Below are positions 46,804-53,239 of a stretch of DNA of 53,239 nt, piece after piece; position 1 is the stretch's first letter, and each line of letters begins with the position of its first letter. Under the pieces are notes generated by a model. That model searched no databases. It saw only the letters and a program-made list of their open reading frames with translations, and was not told the DNA's origin. This DNA is from a virus (lineage: Duplodnaviria > Caudoviricetes): IMG/VR virus record IMGVR_UViG_3300032360_000010, positions 1 to 53,239 of that record; one strand, 5' to 3'. The translations under genes were made by a program, and so were the position numbers.

Positions 46804-46812
46804 ACTATAGCA
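46804..46812 (-). promoter_or_regulatory. Extended -10 TGcTATAGT driving the leftward operon
   Basis: Lies in the divergent intergenic region 46768-46944. Confidence 0.5.
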
Positions 46813-46944
46813 TAATCCAAAATGAGCCACGACAGGTACACATCTGCGATAACAGTATACGTCCATTTAGCCGGGGGTCAGAGATAGTAATATTGAAGTT
46901 GGTCGCAAGACCTTTCTTAACAGGCGAAGGAATGAGGTTAACGC

Positions 46945-47151
46945 ATGGCTGAATACAAAGATTTGGCTGAACGTACCATTGCAACCTTTATTCAGGCCGC
47001 TATTGGTGCCATGGGTACTAACAGCGTCATGGATCTTGGCGTAGATAACTGGAAGATGATTCTGATGGCCGGTGTGTCAGCAGGGGTCGCAGTTATCAAG
47101 GGCTGGGCTGCAAGCAAGTTTGGTGATCGTTCACCGTCGATGCTTTCATAA
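46945..47151 (+). CDS. Holin (r1t-like)
   Basis: 68 aa, two hydrophobic helices, DLAERTIATFIQA...W......AG.AV.K pattern; GAGGT RBS. Confidence 0.75.
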   Translation: MAEYKDLAERTIATFIQAAIGAMGTNSVMDLGVDNWKMILMAGVSAGVAVIKGWAASKFGDRSPSMLS

Positions 47152-47254
47152 GGTTGCAAGACAAAAAAGACAACCATTTCTGTACGTTTCTGTATGGAAT
47201 CAGCAGGTAACATCTATAACGACTTGAGTGCATGTATGCTCAAAAGGGGTTGTT

Positions 47255-47707
47255 ATGGATGGGGATCTGCGGAAACGTCTTGACGAGGTTGCGAAATTAC
47301 TTTCGCAGCCCCTAGAAGAGACGGACGCTGGGGCAGACCCGGATGTGGGTGGTGGTGTCTTCGATACGGCCAAAAAGGCAACTGGCAAAGCCACGAGCCT
47401 GATTGACCGAATCAAAGACAACATCGCTTATGTCCTTGGTCTGCCCGCAGCAGTTTCCGGAGCCTTTGGCTTTATATGGCAATCATCCGGCGAGGAGGCT
47501 GCACTTGGGTATCAAGTGCAGCAACTGGAAGAAGCCGTAGCAGAATTGAAAGCAGAAAATGATCTTCTTGGCGGAGGAACGAAGAACTTTTCTTTAGACA
47601 TGAGTGGCGCACCGGGTGGATCGGTAACTGTCATTTGTGTCGCCGCTGGGTTACTTGTTTTAATCGCACTTCTTTTCTGGTACCAGAGTAAACGCAAAAA
47701 GCGGTAG
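47255..47707 (+). CDS. Membrane protein with coiled coil and C-terminal TM anchor with basic tail
   Basis: Two hydrophobic segments flanking QVQQLEEAVAELKAEN; ends WYQSKRKKR; start set at ATG 47255. Confidence 0.6.
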   Translation: MDGDLRKRLDEVAKLLSQPLEETDAGADPDVGGGVFDTAKKATGKATSLIDRIKDNIAYVLGLPAAVSGAFGFIWQSSGEEAALGYQVQQLEEAVAELKAENDLLGGGTKNFSLDMSGAPGGSVTVICVAAGLLVLIALLFWYQSKRKKR

Positions 47708-47711
47708 AGCC

Positions 47712-50700
47712 GTGAAACGGTTTATCGCCACTCTGCTCGCGGGGTCGCTGTTCTTCTTCGGATGCTCCTCTCCTGCCGGAGATCCTGACGCGCCGACGAC
47801 CACTCTCTTTCCTCCTACAACTACCAGTGTGGTTACAACGACCACTGGTTTGGTCGTTCCGACTACGACCATCACTCCAAAAATTCTTGAAGAAGTTCCC
47901 CTAGCGGATCATTCCATTCCGGATTACACGGCCAATGAGGACACCTTCTCATTTGAGAACTTTGGTGGTGGCGAGGCACCGGCAGACCTGACAGTAAACA
48001 TGGCGCGTCGTCTGTATGGCGACAACCAAGTCTGTTCAGATGTAACCGACGGTCAATGTACGCCGTACCCGGTGATCTTGCAGTTGATGTCTCAGGCCAA
48101 CAAGTCAATGCGTGGAGGATTGTGCGAAGGCTTGGCAGTGTTGAGCCTCCGCCTCGCAGGCGACATAGAAACCCTTGCGACTTTCCAAAACACGCAAACT
48201 GTTGCGGAACTCATCAAACAGGATCCGGCCCTCCTCTCTGAAATCGCCTACTGGTATGTAACCCAGTTCGCCATGGAGGTACAGCAGGAAGCCTCCTCGT
48301 ATTTAGAAAAGTCTCCCAAGGAGTTGGCAGAGGTTCTTCTCTACGACTTCTCAGAAGCGGAAAGGGGAAACCCACACACCGGCTTCACAATCGGTATTTA
48401 CAGCGAAATGGGCGGACACGCTGTCACCCCTTACCGGGTCGAAGAAATGGCCGGTGGTTACAGAATCTACATATACGACAGCAACTGGCCCAACGAAGAA
48501 CGCTGGATTGACGTATCTAACGACGGCCAGTGGTTGTACGCCCTCGCTGCGACCAATCCTACGGAACAATCGGAGGCTTGGTCTGGTGGGACGGGGACGA
48601 TGGAACTCACCCCCATGCGTTCCCGGTCTGGCCCATTCACATGCAGTTTCTGTCCTCAGGAAGAGGGAGAAGAATCGGGCACGATGCTTACTGTTGCTGC
48701 TTCCGGCGACAAGCAGATGGCTCTCAAGATTGAAACTGAATCAGGTGACAGGCTGGGGTACTACGACGGCGTGTTCGTTAATGAAATCGAAGGTGCTACC
48801 TATCGTTATTTGATTTCAGGACCAAGTACCGCTGATCCGGTTCTCGTATTCCTTCCGCCGGGGGTGGAGTCATTCTCCGCAGACGTAGAAGAGATCCACG
48901 TTCCAACTCCTGAAGTAGAAAAGCCAACTTCCACTAAGGACAGGATTGAAGAGGCATTAGAGGAAAAGGTAGAAGAAGAGACTGAGCAGAAGTTTTCTTT
49001 GCTGGTTTTGAATGAAGAGAAATCTATTCAGATCGAAGCCGTCATCGTGGAGGAAGAGGAGCCTGAGCGGTGGGAGCAGCCTGAAGAAGAAACAGAGCCT
49101 GAAGAGGTTCAGTCATTGTTGGACTTCTCTGATGACGCAATTGAAATTGCTGATATTGAAGAAGCCACTGTAGCGATTGCGGTGGATGCCCTAGAGGTTG
49201 AAATTGAGTTGGAGTCTGGTCAGCAGATTGAGGTGGTCTTTGCACCAGAACCGGACCCGGACCCGGAGCCAGAACCTGAGCAGCCCGGTGCCCCAGAGCC
49301 TGAGCCTGAGCCAGTCAGGGACATGCTGGATATCGCCATTCAGAACGATCAAGGTGAGGTACTGGCTGAGGTAGAGGTTGACATGACCGCTTACCGGGTT
49401 GTCGAACAGGTGTTCGATGAGCCAACTGTCACCATTCCTAATGAACCATCGACCACTCCTCCTCCACCATCGGAACCCGTAATCGTTCCCGTTCTTATCG
49501 AACTGGTGTTCGATGAAGAAGTCGGGGAAATAGTACAAGAAGAAGTTGAGATCGAAGCGTGGGTTGCTTCTGACGCTGAGTATTTCCAAGCGATCGCTGA
49601 AGACCGCATTGAAGAAGTGTTGGGTGCTTCTTACGTTGAAGAGATTCAATCAGTTGAGGAGTGGGAAGCCCCCGAAATATTTGAAGACGATGAAATTGAT
49701 TTCATCGAAATCCTTCTCAGCGTGGATGAGGAGTATTGGGAAGACGAGCAGTGGGATGAAGTCGAATACGACGATGAATGGTTTGAAGAAGAACAGGAGT
49801 TGATGGACGATCTCTTTGGTGAGGCTGTCGATGTCGAAGAACTGTTTGAAGAAGTTGAATCATTTATGGAGGAGGTCGAAGAAGAACGAACCGTGTTCTT
49901 TGCCGAACACGAAGAGTTTGATGAGGAGGAGTTCTGGGAGGAGTACGAAGAAGAATATTACGAAGAGGATTTCGCGTTCCAAGAATACGACGCCGAACTA
50001 GAAGAGGAGATGATCCTTGAGGAAATGGGTTTGGAGGAATGGAACGAAGATCTGATGGGTCCATCCCCCACCGAGACTGTGGAGTGGGAGGAAGAAGACT
50101 GGGACACCTACGACGAGGAAATGGATGCCATCTGGGAAGAGGAGATGGACAACCCGGAGGCGTGGGAAGAAGAACTACTAGAGGAATTGGGCGTAGAGGA
50201 ATGGCCTGAAGATTGGGGTCCGTCACCCACGGAATCGGCTGAGTGGACTGAAGAAGACTGGGACGCCTACGACCAAGAGTGGGCGGTTGATGAAGAAGCG
50301 CGGATTCTTGAAGAGGAAGGGTTTGAGGAGTGGCCGGAAGATTGGGGTCCGTCCCCCAGTGAAACCGCATTGTGGGATGACGGTGACTGGCAGGCTTACG
50401 ACGAAGAAATGCAGGCATTGTGGGAAGAAGAGGAAGCATCTTGGGAAGAGGAAGTAGAAGAAGAATGGGTTGAAGAAGAAGAACAAGTTGAGGAGGAGTG
50501 GGTTGAAGAGCCTTTTGAGGAATGGGACGAGTGGACGGGTGATGATGAGGAAGCGTTGATCCTTGAAGAAATGGGACTTGAAGAATGGCCGGAGGACTGG
50601 GGTCCGTCTCCTGCCGAGTCTTGGGATTGGACAGAAGACGATTGGCAGGCTTACGACGAAGAACGGGAACAGGAGTTCCTTGAAATCCTTGGGGATCTCA

Positions 50701-52727
50701 GCCCAGAAGAGTTGGACCAATGGGAAGAAGAAACGATTGAGGCATTAGAGGAAACTGGACAATGGTCCGGGGAGGACGAAGAGGCTTGGATTCTTGATCA
50801 AGAAGGGCTTGATGAATGGCCCGAAGATTGGGGTCCATCCCCTAGTGACAGTTGGGATTGGACAGAAGAAGATTGGATGACGTATGACGAAGAACAGGAA
50901 GCACTTTGGGAAGAGGAATTTGAAGAAGAGCCAGAGGGAAGCGAGGAGATACAAGAAGAAGTTGATGAGGGCGAAGGAATTGAAGAAGAGACTGAATCTG
51001 AAGAGACTGAAGGAGATGGGCCAGATTCGGAAGAAACTATCGAAGAATCAGATAGCGAGTTAGAGGAGCCTTTTGAGGAGTGGAACGACGACCAGCAACA
51101 AGGTAACTCTGACGACGACTGGGAAGAGCCTTGGCTTGAAGATGAGTGGGGGGACGAAAACTGGACCGGCGAGGATGAGGAGCAGTGGATTCTTGATCAG
51201 GAAGGGCTTGATGAATGGCCAGAGGACTGGGGTCCGTCACCAAGCGAGTCGTGGGATTGGTCGGAAGAAGATTGGCAAGCCTTTGACGAAGAACAGCAAG
51301 AGTTGTGGGAAGATGAGTTGGAAGAGGAAATAAACAGCGACGGGAATGAGGAAGAATGGCCAGAAGTTGACGAGGACTCAGAATCCGACGGCTCTTTACC
51401 TGAAGAAGAAGAAGTGGATGAAGAGCAAATGGATGAAGAGGAGGTGCCTTCTGAAGAAGTAGAACCAGAACCAGAACCGGAACCGGAACCAGAACCGGAG
51501 CCGGAACCGGAACCAGAGCCGGAACCAGAGGAACCGGGGTGGGTAGACCCCTATGAAGGCTGTAGGGGCACAGACGCTTGCTCCATGGCTCCCGGCGGCT
51601 TTGACACTTGGGAGGACTACGACGCAGCCAATGATCCTACTTATTACGATGAATGGGGTACTCCGCCGGGTGGGTATACCACATGGATTGACTTCACCAT
51701 TGAGGTTGAGGCAGGGATAGTCCCAATAGATGTCGCTCAGGAATACCTCCCCGAAGAAGTCCAAGAGGCGTACATCCCTCCCCCGCCTCCCGTTTATTAT
51801 CCAACGATTACTTATACCAGTATCGACACACCAGTTTCTCAAGTGCTGTCTAGTGCCACAGTGAATGATCTGACCAGTCAGTTGGTTACGGCTACTTCAT
51901 CGGCTGTACTTGACTTAGCCTCAGACGATTATTGGTACACCACAGAGACAACGGTTACCACAACAGACAATTCGTATGTGGACACCACCACGGCAATCTC
52001 TCAAGCCGGTGTAAGCAATCAATTCTGCACCTATAGCGACGGACAACTTGCTTCCTGTCAGCAAACCGTAACGTGGGAACCGTCTCAAACAACAGTCACC
52101 GTAGGGGATACAACCAGCACCTCCACTGTGGTAACAACTGTTGCCGACCCTGTACCTCAGTCCTGTTCTCAGGGTGGATTTACCGGGCTAGGAGACTGGT
52201 GCATTATCGAATCCAATCACCGCAGCAACGATATGACCGCTGTTGCATTTTCCGTACCGACCGCAGCAGAAGAAAACGAAGCCTGTGACTGTGAAGACGG
52301 TGATGGGCTTATGGATATTCGTATTGATGCTGAAACGAATATGACCCAAGCGGCGTTCAACAGTGGCCCATACGGAGATCCCTACATCTTCCTCAATCAC
52401 GACACTGATTCAGATGACGGCGAACATTCAGGAGACACATCAGAAATAACGGTTGGCGGCAGCATTGAATCCGACGACGATGGGGGTAGGGATTGCGGGA
52501 ATACCTGCAATAACCCGCCAAGCAGCGCAGAAGACGTAGATGAAACTCCGAATGTGACGCTCTCTAACGGTGACGCAGTTATAGATAATGTGTCTGACTC
52601 TTGGGATAGTCGTATTGAGAGAGAACTTTCTGCGGGAGACTATGTACTGCGAGGTTCGGTCTACAACCAAAACAACGACGGTTGGTATAGGTTGACTATT
52701 AGAGATGCCGATGTGGAGTATCCATGA
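47712..52727 (+). CDS. Large hyper-acidic lipoprotein with putative papain-like/transglutaminase-like domain and Trp-rich repeats
   Basis: Lipobox MKRFIATLLAGSLFFFG-C, Thr-rich linker, GGLCEG...GHAV...YDSNWP, long Glu/Asp/Trp region, (EP)n run. Confidence 0.7.
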   Translation: MKRFIATLLAGSLFFFGCSSPAGDPDAPTTTLFPPTTTSVVTTTTGLVVPTTTITPKILEEVPLADHSIPDYTANEDTFSFENFGGGEAPADLTVNMARRLYGDNQVCSDVTDGQCTPYPVILQLMSQANKSMRGGLCEGLAVLSLRLAGDIETLATFQNTQTVAELIKQDPALLSEIAYWYVTQFAMEVQQEASSYLEKSPKELAEVLLYDFSEAERGNPHTGFTIGIYSEMGGHAVTPYRVEEMAGGYRIYIYDSNWPNEERWIDVSNDGQWLYALAATNPTEQSEAWSGGTGTMELTPMRSRSGPFTCSFCPQEEGEESGTMLTVAASGDKQMALKIETESGDRLGYYDGVFVNEIEGATYRYLISGPSTADPVLVFLPPGVESFSADVEEIHVPTPEVEKPTSTKDRIEEALEEKVEEETEQKFSLLVLNEEKSIQIEAVIVEEEEPERWEQPEEETEPEEVQSLLDFSDDAIEIADIEEATVAIAVDALEVEIELESGQQIEVVFAPEPDPDPEPEPEQPGAPEPEPEPVRDMLDIAIQNDQGEVLAEVEVDMTAYRVVEQVFDEPTVTIPNEPSTTPPPPSEPVIVPVLIELVFDEEVGEIVQEEVEIEAWVASDAEYFQAIAEDRIEEVLGASYVEEIQSVEEWEAPEIFEDDEIDFIEILLSVDEEYWEDEQWDEVEYDDEWFEEEQELMDDLFGEAVDVEELFEEVESFMEEVEEERTVFFAEHEEFDEEEFWEEYEEEYYEEDFAFQEYDAELEEEMILEEMGLEEWNEDLMGPSPTETVEWEEEDWDTYDEEMDAIWEEEMDNPEAWEEELLEELGVEEWPEDWGPSPTESAEWTEEDWDAYDQEWAVDEEARILEEEGFEEWPEDWGPSPSETALWDDGDWQAYDEEMQALWEEEEASWEEEVEEEWVEEEEQVEEEWVEEPFEEWDEWTGDDEEALILEEMGLEEWPEDWGPSPAESWDWTEDDWQAYDEEREQEFLEILGDLSPEELDQWEEETIEALEETGQWSGEDEEAWILDQEGLDEWPEDWGPSPSDSWDWTEEDWMTYDEEQEALWEEEFEEEPEGSEEIQEEVDEGEGIEEETESEETEGDGPDSEETIEESDSELEEPFEEWNDDQQQGNSDDDWEEPWLEDEWGDENWTGEDEEQWILDQEGLDEWPEDWGPSPSESWDWSEEDWQAFDEEQQELWEDELEEEINSDGNEEEWPEVDEDSESDGSLPEEEEVDEEQMDEEEVPSEEVEPEPEPEPEPEPEPEPEPEPEPEEPGWVDPYEGCRGTDACSMAPGGFDTWEDYDAANDPTYYDEWGTPPGGYTTWIDFTIEVEAGIVPIDVAQEYLPEEVQEAYIPPPPPVYYPTITYTSIDTPVSQVLSSATVNDLTSQLVTATSSAVLDLASDDYWYTTETTVTTTDNSYVDTTTAISQAGVSNQFCTYSDGQLASCQQTVTWEPSQTTVTVGDTTSTSTVVTTVADPVPQSCSQGGFTGLGDWCIIESNHRSNDMTAVAFSVPTAAEENEACDCEDGDGLMDIRIDAETNMTQAAFNSGPYGDPYIFLNHDTDSDDGEHSGDTSEITVGGSIESDDDGGRDCGNTCNNPPSSAEDVDETPNVTLSNGDAVIDNVSDSWDSRIERELSAGDYVLRGSVYNQNNDGWYRLTIRDADVEYP
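50000..51300 (+). repeat. Six dispersed approximately 35-aa repeats ILxxxGxxEWPEDWGPSPxExxxWxExDWxxYDEE
   Basis: Six GPSP-centred copies visible in the translation; the first is degenerate (EWNEDLMGPSP). Boundaries are approximate. Confidence 0.85.
51462..51527 (+). repeat. (Glu-Pro)n linker
   Basis: GAACCA/GAACCG/GAGCCG hexamer run. Confidence 0.9.
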
Positions 52728-52742
52728 ATATTGTAATGGGGG

Positions 52743-53126
52743 ATGATTAGAATGATTGAACGCATCAAGATGGCGCAGCCACAAACGCACTTGACGAGTA
52801 CGTTTCTTGGCTGTCTTACAGCAATGACTAATGGTGATGTGTCGGCTATTACAGGTGATCATTGGGCTAATGCTTTTAGATCAGGTGGAATAACAGCGGT
52901 TATCGCAACTGTGGCAGCGATAATTGGACTTCGTGTCAACAAATGGACACGGGCTTTACTGTGTGGTGCAGCAACATTTGGGGTGGAGATGATCGCCCAG
53001 TCGCCAACCTATGGTACTTCAAGGGCTGATATTGCCCAGACCTCATTGGTCGCAGCGGGAATAGCGATGGTATTGGCTTTGATTGCTGGAAGGATGTTTG
53101 AAAAAGTCCTTAATTCGGAGAAGTAA
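52743..53126 (+). CDS. Small multi-pass membrane protein
   Basis: 127 aa with 3-4 hydrophobic segments; exact start uncertain (52743, 52752 or 52770). Confidence 0.6.
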   Translation: MIRMIERIKMAQPQTHLTSTFLGCLTAMTNGDVSAITGDHWANAFRSGGITAVIATVAAIIGLRVNKWTRALLCGAATFGVEMIAQSPTYGTSRADIAQTSLVAAGIAMVLALIAGRMFEKVLNSEK

Positions 53127-53239
53127 TGCAACTGACGAGTGTCCGGGTGAATGTATCTTCATTGAGTTAGTTGAGTAGTGTAATAGTATATTTGAATGAG
53201 TCTGTATCAGTACCGAGCCAAGGTCACCCACATTGTTGA

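Noticed and set aside
21295-47255. Longest-ORF starts in the track (21295, 22685, 33881, 38169, 41382, 43248, 46360, 46536, 46866, 47228)
   Set aside because: Downstream ATGs give better RBS, stop/start coupling or paralog-matched N-termini and avoid long overlaps.
1-53239. Stop-codon reassignment
   Set aside because: TAA, TAG and TGA all end genes at sensible, tightly packed boundaries under the standard code.
1-53239. tRNA, rRNA, integrase or transposase
   Set aside because: None recognised. Intergenic gaps are short and no cloverleaf or recombinase motifs were seen by eye; tRNAscan was not run.

Overview
This window is the tail and accessory region of a contractile-tailed (myovirus-type) phage or prophage. 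An actinobacterial host is inferred from an r1t-type holin, an M15 peptidase endolysin, a PASTA domain and leaderless TANNNT promoters. No capsid, terminase or replication genes are present. Region 1-17 kb holds the sheath, tube, a tail assembly chaperone with an unannotated -1 frameshift extension, tape measure, baseplate proteins, an embedded endolysin and fibre proteins. Region 23.9-31.7 kb is a second fibre block ending in a 1650-aa repetitive fibre. The striking feature is that each fibre block ends in a gene for a highly repetitive peptide: a Gly-rich protein with an approximately 265-aa His/Asn/Pro insertion, and a PASTA domain followed by 32 PPxF units. Each is followed directly by a closely spaced or overlapping run of tailoring-type enzymes. 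The window encodes 9 prolyl-4-hydroxylase-like 2OG-Fe(II) oxygenases, 3 TauD/CAS-like oxygenases, a flavin-dependent halogenase, 2 glutathione-peroxidase-like proteins, 2 DUF6065-like proteins, a Rossmann dehydrogenase, a methyltransferase-like protein and a GNAT-like protein. My hypothesis is a phage-encoded, RiPP-like post-translational modification system acting on repetitive virion-tip proteins; this is inference, not demonstrated. The window ends with a holin and a 1671-aa hyper-acidic lipoprotein with a putative Cys-His-Asp domain and Trp-rich repeats. All family assignments are by motif recognition by eye; no database searches were run.
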